A DNA stretch of 64,000 nt from an uncultured Endomicrobiia bacterium (lineage in GTDB: Bacteria; Elusimicrobiota; Endomicrobiia; DTEH01). Both the position numbers and the translations under genes were made by a program. Numbering within the stretch: position 1 is the first letter of the stretch; each line of letters starts with the position of its first letter. The stretch is from NCBI GenBank assembly GCA_938074745.1, contig CALJEJ010000004.1, positions 1,597 to 65,596 on the forward strand. The letters are read 5' to 3'. Positions 48,365 to 58,017 of the stretch are shown here, in pieces. The notes beneath the pieces were generated by a model. It did no database searches, had not been told where the DNA came from, and was given only the letters and a program-made list of their open reading frames with translations.

Positions 48365-49672
48365 TTATAAAATTTTACCAAGTACACCCTCAACATCAAT
48401 ATCTTTAAGACTTATACTTTTTAAAAACTCTTCATTAGATTTAGTTTCTTTAAGTTTTTTTAACAACAGTTCCATAGCTTCAATTGGTGTAAGTTGCATC
48501 AAGGCTTTTCTTAACAACCAAATTTTTTTCAAATTTTTTTCTGGTATAAGTAATTCTTCTTTTCTTGTTCCAGAACGAGTAATATCAATTGCAGGGAAAA
48601 TACGTCTATCGGCTAATTTTCGGTCAAGATATATTTCCATATTCCCTGTACCTTTAAACTCTTCAAAAATAACATCATCCATTCGCGAACCTGTTTCTAC
48701 AAGTGCTGTAGCGATAATTGTCAATGACCCACCTTCTTCTACTTTCCTTGCAGAACCAAAGAACCGTTTTGGCCGTTGTAACGCTGTAGAATCTATCCCT
48801 CCGGAAAGGACACGACCGCTTGGAGGTGTGATAGTGTTATACGCTCGTGCTAATCTTGTAATTGAATCAAGCAATATTACAACATCGTGTTGCATTTCTA
48901 CTAACCGTTTTGCTTTTTCTAAAACCATTTCAGCTACTTGAACATGCCGTTCTGCTGGTTCATCAAACGTAGAAGAAATAACTTCACATTTTACTGACCT
49001 CATCATATCTGTAACTTCTTCAGGTCGTTCATCTATTAATAAGGCAATAAGTTTTATTTCAGGATGATTCTGTGTTATTGCGTTAGCAATTTTTTGTAAA
49101 AGCACGGTTTTACCGGTTCTTGGTGGCGCATTTATTAACGCTCTTTGTCCTTTACCTAACGGAATTAAAAGGTCTATTATACGGGTTGAATATTCATCTT
49201 TGTCAGTTTCTAAAATTATTTGTTCCTGAGGGTATAACGGAGTAAGATTATCAAACAGAGCACGGTCACGAATTTTTTCAGGGTCAACACCGTTAACAGA
49301 TTTTATCTGTAAAAGAGCATAATATTTTTCATCATTTTTTGGTGGACGAACATAACCACCTACAGTATCTCCTTTACGTAAACCAAACTTTTTTATTTGT
49401 GACGGTGAAATATAAATATCTTCATTACTTTGTAAATAATTAAAATTCTGTGACCTTAAGAAACCAAACCCGTCTGGTAAAATTTCTAAAACACCTTCGT
49501 TATACATAAGTCCGTTAGTTTGTGCTTGTGCTTCAATAATTTTTGAAATAAGCTGTTGTTTTTTTAACCCAGTAAGTGGTTCTATTTTTAATTCTTTACC
49601 GAGTTTCATTAATTCAGAAAGTTTCATTTTAGCCAATGAGGAAATGTCAAATGTTACTTGTTGCAATGTCAT
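48365..49672 (-). CDS. rho: Transcription termination factor Rho
   Basis: N-terminal Rho_N, cold-shock-like RNA-binding domain, RecA-type ATPase with Walker A (PPRTGKT) and Walker B; 435 aa. Confidence 0.9.
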   Translation of the reverse strand: MTLQQVTFDISSLAKMKLSELMKLGKELKIEPLTGLKKQQLISKIIEAQAQTNGLMYNEGVLEILPDGFGFLRSQNFNYLQSNEDIYISPSQIKKFGLRKGDTVGGYVRPPKNDEKYYALLQIKSVNGVDPEKIRDRALFDNLTPLYPQEQIILETDKDEYSTRIIDLLIPLGKGQRALINAPPRTGKTVLLQKIANAITQNHPEIKLIALLIDERPEEVTDMMRSVKCEVISSTFDEPAERHVQVAEMVLEKAKRLVEMQHDVVILLDSITRLARAYNTITPPSGRVLSGGIDSTALQRPKRFFGSARKVEEGGSLTIIATALVETGSRMDDVIFEEFKGTGNMEIYLDRKLADRRIFPAIDITRSGTRKEELLIPEKNLKKIWLLRKALMQLTPIEAMELLLKKLKETKSNEEFLKSISLKDIDVEGVLGKIL

Positions 49673-49959
49673 ATTTTTAGCCTCCTTATAAAGTATACAA
49701 TTTATTTTTAAGTAGGAAGTGCAAATGTTGTAACTTTTTTAGTTTTTATCATAACTTCGGTAGTAAAAATAAGGTAAATGAAAAGAAGTGTTCTGGAATG
49801 ATGTAATTAATTTTTCTTTCATTAATTGGCAATTGTGTTTATCAGAAACTTACCTCTGGAGGAGCAAAAGATGTCCAAGGTTTTTTCAAAGGATAAATAT
49901 AAAATTTAAATTACGCTTGTCAATAGTTAAGAATAAAAATATAATTTTCAAGTTTCAGA

Positions 49960-51444
49960 TTATTCTTCTTCAAACGCAAATACTGTAAATACATAAAGTT
50001 CTGTTTTACTATCCTGCCATGCATTAGGTTCCAACCCTGCTTTACTCCAACATAGTTCAGACAGAAATTGTTCTTTTTTAGGAAAATGTTCCCACACTTG
50101 AGGTAAGAACAACCCACTTCTACTATTTCGTCGGACTACTACTCCGTGAACTTTCTCTTTTATTTCCTTATGTGAGAATACACGTTTCAATGGTGAAAGA
50201 ATTGATATCTCAATTTTTATATCTTTTAGTTCATCTAATCTTACAGGAGAAAATCTGGGGTCTTCGGTTGCTGCTGCAATTGCTGAGTGTATTACTGCTT
50301 TATATAATGGATATTGTGGGAAAGTTGTCCCAATACAACCTCGTAATTGACCTTTTTTTGTTAATGTAACAAACACTGCTGACGGTGTCAAAAGTTCTTC
50401 ATCTTCAGTAGAATATTCTATTACTTTACCACTAGAAACATATTCAGTTATTGCTTGTCGTGCTAAAGAAAGTAATATTTTTTGGTTTTCTTTAGAGATT
50501 TTAAATTCAGGCTCTTTTTTTTCCATAACTTGTTTTCCTCCGTTGTTTACTTTTCTTATAAACGCTACTGCACAATAACCAACTACACGAGATTTATCTC
50601 CGTATTGTTTAACATCGCCAGAATTTGCATATTTTAAAATTTTAACAGTATCCCCACCTAAAAGTTTTGTTATCAACATTGTAATACCTACTGCAGTTTC
50701 AGCACAAAATACACAATGTAAATTGTCAATTTTGGTTTTTTCTAATTTTATCAAGTCAGAAAAATATCTTTGTGGGTCATATAATTGAAGCAACTTAAGT
50801 GCTTTGTTATCCACCTCTATTGCATTTTCGTAAGAAGGGTAATGAGACATATCTGTAGAACAAACGATAACAATTTTCCGTGAAGAAACATTTTTATAAC
50901 TTTTTATTACATCTACAATTTTTTGTGCAATTTGTTGAGATTGGACATAATCATATCTGCTAACAAGAATTGGAACAATAGTAAATTCTTTATATATACA
51001 TTGTAAAAAAGGCAACTGAACCTCTAACGAATGTTCTGGCAGATGTGCTTTAGGGTCAGTATCAAAAATTTGTTCTTTTTTTGAAGTCAACATTGAAATA
51101 AATTCTTTTTCTAACATAACCTCGCCTAAAGGAGTTTTAAAATTGCTTTTGTTATATACTACAGGTTTTGCTAAATAATAATAGTGCGACTGACCAATCA
51201 AAATTATTATCGGATTGGTTAATTTATATTGAGAAAGGTACTTATAAGCAAAACCTGCCACAGAACCTGAAAAAATGTAGCCTGCATGAGGTGAGATAAT
51301 ACCTAAAATTTCGCCTTCTACAGATACATCAGGCTTTGCTGAATCAAGAAATGTTTTTACAATTGTAACAAGTTCTGATTTTTCTTTAGGATAGAACTGT
51401 CCTGCAACAGCAGGTTCTCTACTATCGGAAAAATTAGTAAGCAT
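49960..51444 (-). CDS. Fusion protein: AmmeMemoRadiSam system protein B (Memo1-like dioxygenase fold) + AMMECR1 domain
   Basis: N-terminal REPAVAGQFYP and ISPHAGYIFSG (Memo family); C-terminal GQLRGCIGTTFP...EDPRFSPV (AMMECR1). Start set at Met preceding REPAVAGQFYP; the longer upstream ATG gives an artefactual hydrophobic leader. Confidence 0.75.
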   Translation of the reverse strand: MLTNFSDSREPAVAGQFYPKEKSELVTIVKTFLDSAKPDVSVEGEILGIISPHAGYIFSGSVAGFAYKYLSQYKLTNPIIILIGQSHYYYLAKPVVYNKSNFKTPLGEVMLEKEFISMLTSKKEQIFDTDPKAHLPEHSLEVQLPFLQCIYKEFTIVPILVSRYDYVQSQQIAQKIVDVIKSYKNVSSRKIVIVCSTDMSHYPSYENAIEVDNKALKLLQLYDPQRYFSDLIKLEKTKIDNLHCVFCAETAVGITMLITKLLGGDTVKILKYANSGDVKQYGDKSRVVGYCAVAFIRKVNNGGKQVMEKKEPEFKISKENQKILLSLARQAITEYVSSGKVIEYSTEDEELLTPSAVFVTLTKKGQLRGCIGTTFPQYPLYKAVIHSAIAAATEDPRFSPVRLDELKDIKIEISILSPLKRVFSHKEIKEKVHGVVVRRNSRSGLFLPQVWEHFPKKEQFLSELCWSKAGLEPNAWQDSKTELYVFTVFAFEEE

Positions 51445-51522
51445 AATAAACAAAAAAATGATAAAACAAAAGTTTTTAATCAACATATAATTTACAATTT
51501 AACTCTATAATTTTTCAATATT

Positions 51523-51596
51523 TCGGGGTGGTGGGAATTGAACCCACGACTACTCGCACCCCAAACGAGTGCCCTAAACCACTGGGCCACACCCCG
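51523..51596 (-). tRNA. tRNA-Pro (anticodon GGG)
   Basis: C1-G72 acceptor pair characteristic of tRNA-Pro, anticodon stem CTCGT/GCGAG with loop TTGGGGT, T-arm GTGGG-TTCAATT-CCCAC, discriminator A. Confidence 0.85.
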
Positions 51597-51602
51597 AAAA
51601 AG

Positions 51603-52847
51603 TTATATCAATTTTATTTTTACAACATCACCTTTAGAAAGTGAACCAGTTTTTTCGTCCAGAATGATGATACAATTTGCTAACAACATTGATTTAAGTA
51701 TCCCTGAACCTTGTGGTCCTGTAGTTCTAACATAAAATTTGCTATCTTTATATTCACACATCCCACGAATAAAATATCTTAACCCTGTTTTTTTCTTAAT
51801 AGGTTCTTTAAGGATTGCATCATACAGTGGTTCATCTATAAACTGTCCTCTTCCGGAAAGTTTTAATAAAGCAGGTTTTATCAACATCTCAAAAACTACC
51901 ATATTAGATACTACATTTCCCGGAACACCAAAAATATATTTGTGGTTAAAAGTTGCAAAAAACACAGGTTTACCTGGACGTTCCCTAATTTCCCAAAAAT
52001 GTGGTTCTGCTCCAAGTGATTGTAATACAGGTTTTACCAGATCATATTCACCATGTGACACACCACCAGAAATTAATACCATATCCGCAATATCTAACCC
52101 TTTTTTTATTTTACGTTTTAACATATAGAAATTATCTCTTGCAATACCTAAATTTAACGGAATACAATAATTTTTTTCTACTAAAGCAGACAAAGTGTAT
52201 GAGTTAACATTTTTTACTTTACCAAAAGAAATTTTTTCTTCAATTTCTACAAGTTCATCACCAGTGGCAATAATAGCAACTCGCGGTTGAGTATATACTT
52301 TTACATTTTTATACCCGCAGGAAATTATCATACCCAACTCTGCTGCAGTAATAAGTTTACCTTTTTTTATCACAGTCTCCCCACGAACAACATCTTCACC
52401 ATGAAATCTTATATTGTGAAATTTCTCTACCGGAGAAAAAACTTTTATATACCCATTTTCTTCTATTACTGCTTCTTTTTCTATGACAGCATCAAACCCT
52501 TTGGGTAAAGGTGAACCTGTCATTATAGAAATGCATGGTTTATCTTTACAATATCGTATTTTTTTATTCAACTTTCTTCCGGCAGGCATTGTGCCAATTA
52601 TTTTCAAACTCACAGGAGAAGTTTTTGTAGCAGTTAATGTATCTTTACTTCTTACAGCGAACCCGTCCATCGCAGAATTGTTATAATTCGGAATATCATA
52701 TTTAGATTTAATATCTTGTGCAATAACTCGAAATAAAGAGTTTTTTACTGATACAAGTTCTGTTTTTAGTGGACGAATAGTTGACAAAACAATATTTTTT
52801 GCTTCGTTAAAAAAAATGTAGTGTTTCATGTTATTAAAATTATACAA
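51603..52847 (-). CDS. moeA: Molybdopterin molybdenum/tungsten-transferase MoeA
   Basis: MoeA N-domain, MoCF biosynthesis domain with GGVS(H) motif, C-terminal beta-barrel; 8-nt overlap with upstream radical SAM gene. Confidence 0.8.
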   Translation of the reverse strand: MYNFNNMKHYIFFNEAKNIVLSTIRPLKTELVSVKNSLFRVIAQDIKSKYDIPNYNNSAMDGFAVRSKDTLTATKTSPVSLKIIGTMPAGRKLNKKIRYCKDKPCISIMTGSPLPKGFDAVIEKEAVIEENGYIKVFSPVEKFHNIRFHGEDVVRGETVIKKGKLITAAELGMIISCGYKNVKVYTQPRVAIIATGDELVEIEEKISFGKVKNVNSYTLSALVEKNYCIPLNLGIARDNFYMLKRKIKKGLDIADMVLISGGVSHGEYDLVKPVLQSLGAEPHFWEIRERPGKPVFFATFNHKYIFGVPGNVVSNMVVFEMLIKPALLKLSGRGQFIDEPLYDAILKEPIKKKTGLRYFIRGMCEYKDSKFYVRTTGPQGSGILKSMLLANCIIILDEKTGSLSKGDVVKIKLI

Positions 52848-53838
52848 AAATTTTTATTTCATTACCACAAAATTTACAAAAATTTTTTTCTAACCCATGG
52901 ATTAGAATGTCATACCCTATACGAGTAATTAGTTTCTTATTACATTTTGGGCAATAGGTAGAATTGTATTTTTCATCTGGGACATTCCCTAAATATACAA
53001 AATTAAGTTTTTCTTTTGCTAATGAATAAAAATTTTGTAATACATTTATAGGTGTTGGTGGTGCATCAAATTCATATTGGGGATAATACCGAGAAAAATG
53101 TAACGGTATATCTTTAGATAACGAAGAAACATAATTTATTATCTGTTCAATTTCTTGTTTGTTATCGTTATATCCAGGAATTATTAAAGTTGTAAGTTCA
53201 ACATGTTTTTTATGAGACACCATCAGTTCAATTGTTTGTAGGACAAATTTTAATTTCCCACCACAGATTTTTTCATAAAACTCTGGATTAAAAGATTTTA
53301 AGTCAATATTCGCTGCATCAATATATGGTAAAAGTTCTAACAACGGCTCTTTATTCACAAACCCGTTCGTTACAAGGACATTTTTTAAATTCTTAGAATT
53401 AAACAATATCGCTGTTTCTTTAACAAATTCAATGTTTATTAGTGGTTCGTTATAAGTATAAGAAATGCCAATATTATCTCTAGTTTGTAACCCAATAGAT
53501 AACAGTTCTTGTGGTGAGATATATTGGGAATATTTTTCAGAAACTGTCTGTTGTGAAATGGTCCAGTTTTGACAAAACCCACATTTAAAATTACAGCCCC
53601 AACAACCTATGGATAATATCATCTTGCCAGGATAAAAATGGTACAACGGTTTTTTTTCTATCGGATCTAAAGATATAGAAGATGAAAGACCATAGTTTAA
53701 GGCATAAAGTTTCCCATTAACATTTTTTCTAACCCTACATTTACCTGTTTGGTTTATTGAAATTATACAATTGTGTGGACATAACATACATTGAACTTTT
53801 TGTGAAGGAAGAATTTTATAATATTCTGCTTCTTTCAT
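52840..53838 (-). CDS. AmmeMemoRadiSam system radical SAM enzyme
   Basis: N-terminal C-x2-C-P-x-x-C (CMLCPHNC) extra Cys motif followed by radical SAM CWGCNFKCGFCQNW, as in the TIGRFAMs-defined AmmeMemoRadiSam radical SAM family. Confidence 0.8.
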   Translation of the reverse strand: MKEAEYYKILPSQKVQCMLCPHNCIISINQTGKCRVRKNVNGKLYALNYGLSSSISLDPIEKKPLYHFYPGKMILSIGCWGCNFKCGFCQNWTISQQTVSEKYSQYISPQELLSIGLQTRDNIGISYTYNEPLINIEFVKETAILFNSKNLKNVLVTNGFVNKEPLLELLPYIDAANIDLKSFNPEFYEKICGGKLKFVLQTIELMVSHKKHVELTTLIIPGYNDNKQEIEQIINYVSSLSKDIPLHFSRYYPQYEFDAPPTPINVLQNFYSLAKEKLNFVYLGNVPDEKYNSTYCPKCNKKLITRIGYDILIHGLEKNFCKFCGNEIKIFV

Positions 53839-56093
53839 TTACTTAATAATTCGGTTATTTCCTGTTGTTCTAAAACATTTTTGGGAATATAGTTGTTAAA
53901 TACTTTTTTAGCAGATTCTATATCTCCTTTAAGTTTGTAACATAAAGCTAAGTTGTAATGTCCGTTGTAATATTCAGGGTTTAAAGAAATTACTATATTA
54001 AAATATTTTATTGCAAGGTCATAATTTTTGTTCTCCAGTTCAATAACACCAAGTTCATTATGAGCTAAATAATATTCAGGATTGATACTTATAATTTCTT
54101 TTAATATTCTTACTGTTTCGTCAATATACTTTTTTTCCTTTGTTTGTATAAATAACATTTTTAATGTCAAAGCGAGATTGTATTTTGCATCAATATCTTT
54201 AGGATTGAACGACAAAACTTTTTTAAAAAAATATGCTGACTTATGATAATTTTTTAGCGTATAATAATACACACCAAAATTGTTATACAATTCTTTAAGA
54301 TTAGGGTCAATAGTTAATCCTGTTTTTAAAAATACCAATTTTTCCTCTTCTGCAGGTAACAAAATTGCTATATTATTTAACCCACTACTATAATAACTTA
54401 TAACTTTATTCATAAAAAAATCAGAATAAAAATCTTTCTTCCAACCTTCACGAAAAAAATATATCTCGTAAAACAAAAATTTTATAATTTTTTTTAGTAT
54501 AAAAAAGTTTTCCTCTTGTTGCGAACGAAGAACTTTATATACAATCCCATAAGGAACACCAACATACCCCTGCGGAACTTTATGTAATACATCAACATAA
54601 ACACCACGATGAACATTAGCAGATAAAAATTTTGTAACAAACTCTATTCCAGAATAAACATTCGCAGGAATAATTTCAGGATATTGTTGTTTTAACAGTT
54701 CATAACCCCACGAAGTCCTAAAAAATGTTATAAGTTTTATATCTTTTCTCATATTATGACATAGCTGGAAATATCTAAGTACAAAAGTGGTAATATCGTC
54801 TGGGTCATATAGAGAACTTTGATATTTCAAAGTATGCATAAGATTTATCGCATAATCATAACTTAAAAATTTATTTCTACGATTATGTATGGGATAGTTT
54901 TTAAATATTAAATTGAACAACAAAATCGTGATTAATATAGGTAAGATTATAGACATTGGTTTTCTTATTTTGGATGATATAGAAAAATCTTTTATCCCAA
55001 ATTTTAATCCATACACTATCCAATATACAGTTATACAAACAGGAAATACTAATTGTGGTTCTAATATAGCATAAGTAGATTCTTTTTGTGGGTTAAGATT
55101 AGAAAAAATAAAAAACAATGGACCTAACATAAAAAATAATAAACTACTAAAAACAAACTCTATTTTCGTTTTTAAATCAGAACTTTTAATGAACAAAACA
55201 ATACTTACAACTGCCAATATTACCCCTAAAAAAGTAATCTGTTTATACCACATTTGTATAAAATGTACTGTTTGAGACAATAATGTTTTAATACTAAACT
55301 CAAGTTTACTTTCTTCAGGATGTAGTTTTAAGATTCCAAGGTCAGCCCGAGTAACTAACCGTATAAACCTATAAAAATTTTTTGCATCACCCCAGTTGGA
55401 TACAGGTCCAGTAGATGCCCGAATAGGAATAAACAAAAATATTGTAAGACCTAAAAGAAAAATAACTAAAAATAACATTAAATCAGAAAATGTAAATTTC
55501 AATTTCACATTTTGTAGAATTTGTAAACCAAGATATGTAAGAATCAAAGATAAAAATATTGATATCAATGTAAGATGTATGCCTAACGAAATTCCAGTAA
55601 TGAAAATTATTAAATAAAAATATTTCTTATTCTTTGTAAATACTAATTTATTGAACAAGAAAAGTACCAAACATAAAAAAAATCCTGCTATAGTATACAT
55701 TTCGCTTACTTGACTTAAACTCCATACCGAAGAAAAAAAACAGTATGTTGAACATCCAATAAGTGTTAAAATATGATATATTGTTTTTTCTTCGTAAGAA
55801 AAAAATTTTGTTAATACAAGAAAACTTAATATGCTAAAAATTATAGACATAAGGTTCATTCTATATCCAATATTACCTAACGCAACGAAAAATGAAAATA
55901 TCTTACCTAATATAGAATACAACGGATAACCTGGTTGGTGTGCAATACCTAACGTATATGAAGAGACAATCATATCGCCACTGTCTCTATATGGCGAGAT
56001 TGTAGGATAAGAAGTGGATAATAGTACAATAAATACTACAAATGACCAAACTAATGTTATGAACTTGTTAAAATTCTTTTGGGTCATAATCAA
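53835..56093 (-). CDS. Polytopic membrane protein (GT-C / DUF2723-like glycosyltransferase fold) with C-terminal TPR repeats
   Basis: >10 TM N-terminal domain with early DSGD loop motif, C-terminal ~250 aa of TPR repeats; 4-nt overlap with downstream gene and 26-nt overlap with priA. Confidence 0.55.
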   Translation of the reverse strand: MIMTQKNFNKFITLVWSFVVFIVLLSTSYPTISPYRDSGDMIVSSYTLGIAHQPGYPLYSILGKIFSFFVALGNIGYRMNLMSIIFSILSFLVLTKFFSYEEKTIYHILTLIGCSTYCFFSSVWSLSQVSEMYTIAGFFLCLVLFLFNKLVFTKNKKYFYLIIFITGISLGIHLTLISIFLSLILTYLGLQILQNVKLKFTFSDLMLFLVIFLLGLTIFLFIPIRASTGPVSNWGDAKNFYRFIRLVTRADLGILKLHPEESKLEFSIKTLLSQTVHFIQMWYKQITFLGVILAVVSIVLFIKSSDLKTKIEFVFSSLLFFMLGPLFFIFSNLNPQKESTYAILEPQLVFPVCITVYWIVYGLKFGIKDFSISSKIRKPMSIILPILITILLFNLIFKNYPIHNRRNKFLSYDYAINLMHTLKYQSSLYDPDDITTFVLRYFQLCHNMRKDIKLITFFRTSWGYELLKQQYPEIIPANVYSGIEFVTKFLSANVHRGVYVDVLHKVPQGYVGVPYGIVYKVLRSQQEENFFILKKIIKFLFYEIYFFREGWKKDFYSDFFMNKVISYYSSGLNNIAILLPAEEEKLVFLKTGLTIDPNLKELYNNFGVYYYTLKNYHKSAYFFKKVLSFNPKDIDAKYNLALTLKMLFIQTKEKKYIDETVRILKEIISINPEYYLAHNELGVIELENKNYDLAIKYFNIVISLNPEYYNGHYNLALCYKLKGDIESAKKVFNNYIPKNVLEQQEITELLSK

Positions 56094-57996
56094 TGTATAT
56101 TTTTACTTTATCATAATCTTTTATTACATTAGTTCTCAAATCGTCTAATATAGATAATATTTTATCCAGTTGATTTTTTTTACCCAACAATTTTATAAAA
56201 ACATAGAACTGATACTCGTTTACTACTTTTTTAATTTCCTCAGGAACAAATACAACAACATCTTTTAGTTGCCTAATTTGGGATACTAACAAATCTAATT
56301 GACTTTTCTCAAGTTCGTTTCTTTTGGAAGAAACGAAAGTTATTTTCATTAACTTACAATATGGTGGGTAACACAAATCTTTTCTGATTTTAAGTTCATT
56401 TCTGTAGAATTTAGTAGCGTCGGATAATAACGAAAGATAATTATCATCTTTCTTTGCCAGATTAAGATATATATTAGTAGGAATTTTTTTAGGAAGTAAA
56501 ATTTTCATCAAAGAAATTAGTCTATAAACATTTTCATATCCTAAATAGCTTGGACGATATAACATACTGTCTATATTTAAAAAAATTATTGTAGAAATGT
56601 TTGACCAATAGAGTTTGTAAATATAGTTCAAAATTTCTACTGTGGTAACTAAAACATCTATTTTTTGAGAATTAAAATCTTGGATAAGTTTTAGATGAAC
56701 TTTTTGTGGCACTTCTTTATCTATTCGTGCAAATTTTATCTCAGGTAAAAAAGAAACTAAAGTTTCAAAAACTTTTTGTATTCCTACACCATAACCTTTA
56801 TATTTTTCATTCCCACAATGAGAACATTTAAAACTTTTATATCGTTGTCCACAAAGTTTACATTTGAACTCTGAGTTTGAAGTAATATATGTAACTGGAC
56901 TTCCACAAGAAAAACATTTAAACATCCGACCACAACGAAAACAAAAAAAGTACCTAGCATACCCTTTGTAAGGATACAAAATTATACATTGATGGAATTT
57001 ATACACTTCCTTTAACAAAATTTTTTTGACTTCGTCTATCGTTTGAATAAAAGAAATTGAAGTATTTTTAGAACCTTTATCATTATTTAACAACAAAGTT
57101 TTTTTAACATTATATCTTAACTCTACTGAAGGGAAAAATGTAGTATAGATTATTTTATTTTCAGATATTGCTAATCTATACTCAATTATTTCTTTGATAT
57201 GATAAAGAGGTAAAGTTTGATTTTTATACCCAATTTCATCAGGTTCGTCAACAATTATGATACTATTTTTTTTTATTGGCAAAAATATTCCGTCACAAGT
57301 AGAAACAACTATATTTATTTCTTGCGTATTTACCAACTGCCAGATTTTGTATCTTTCATTTACTGAAATTTCTCCAGTGTAAACGAATATTTGAAATTTT
57401 AATTGTTCATCTTCTATATAATTGTAGAAATCTTCAATATAACTTTTCTGAGGGAATAAAATTAAACATTGTAAGTTGTTTGTAATAGAATATAAAATCA
57501 TATCTTTATAAAACTTGAATTTTTGTTCACTTGTAGTAGGAATAAATAACAATTGTCTATCTTTACTATTTATTATCTGCTGATAACTTATCTGTGAGAT
57601 TATTTTATAGTCTTTTTTATATGCTTGCTTTTCTATAACAGGTTGAGTAAAAACTGTTTCATGTTCAATAGGGAAAAAACTGGAGAACACTTTACCGATG
57701 GGAACAAGGTATTTATAAGAAAGTTTTTCAGCAATATAAAAATGTTCTTTATGAAATAACGGGACAAAATCTATAAGTTTTTTGATAGGTTTTATGTCTT
57801 TATTAAGAATATCCTTAGGCAACTGTTCTTTAGTAAGTTGTTTAGTTACAACACCAATTTTATTTTTTTGTTCTCCAAAATCTATTTTTACTCTACAGCC
57901 AATTAACTTGTATTTACGGAATTCCTCTGGAACATAATATGTATAACTTACATTCAAAGGTATTGGAAAAACTATTTCACAATATTCGTACTCCAT
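56068..57996 (-). CDS. priA: Primosomal protein N' (PriA) homolog with degenerate ATPase motifs
   Basis: PriA architecture: N-terminal 3'-DNA-binding domain, helicase lobes, Cys-rich CFRCG...CFSCG...CKLCG...CSHCG zinc-binding region, C-terminal domain. Walker A position reads IPTTSEQK (vs GxTGSGKT) and Walker B reads DEPD (vs DEEH). Confidence 0.7.
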   Translation of the reverse strand: MEYEYCEIVFPIPLNVSYTYYVPEEFRKYKLIGCRVKIDFGEQKNKIGVVTKQLTKEQLPKDILNKDIKPIKKLIDFVPLFHKEHFYIAEKLSYKYLVPIGKVFSSFFPIEHETVFTQPVIEKQAYKKDYKIISQISYQQIINSKDRQLLFIPTTSEQKFKFYKDMILYSITNNLQCLILFPQKSYIEDFYNYIEDEQLKFQIFVYTGEISVNERYKIWQLVNTQEINIVVSTCDGIFLPIKKNSIIIVDEPDEIGYKNQTLPLYHIKEIIEYRLAISENKIIYTTFFPSVELRYNVKKTLLLNNDKGSKNTSISFIQTIDEVKKILLKEVYKFHQCIILYPYKGYARYFFCFRCGRMFKCFSCGSPVTYITSNSEFKCKLCGQRYKSFKCSHCGNEKYKGYGVGIQKVFETLVSFLPEIKFARIDKEVPQKVHLKLIQDFNSQKIDVLVTTVEILNYIYKLYWSNISTIIFLNIDSMLYRPSYLGYENVYRLISLMKILLPKKIPTNIYLNLAKKDDNYLSLLSDATKFYRNELKIRKDLCYPPYCKLMKITFVSSKRNELEKSQLDLLVSQIRQLKDVVVFVPEEIKKVVNEYQFYVFIKLLGKKNQLDKILSILDDLRTNVIKDYDKVKIYIDYDPKEF

Positions 57997-58017
57997 ATGT
58001 TAAAAATCTCTATTTTT

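Noticed and set aside
49960-51486. Apparent N-terminal signal peptide (MLIKNFCFIIFLFIMLTNFS) on the Memo-AMMECR1 fusion
   Set aside because: Memo-family proteins start at the conserved R-x-P-A-V-A-G-x-F-Y-P motif; an internal Met directly precedes it, so the hydrophobic leader is most likely an artefact of choosing the longest ORF.
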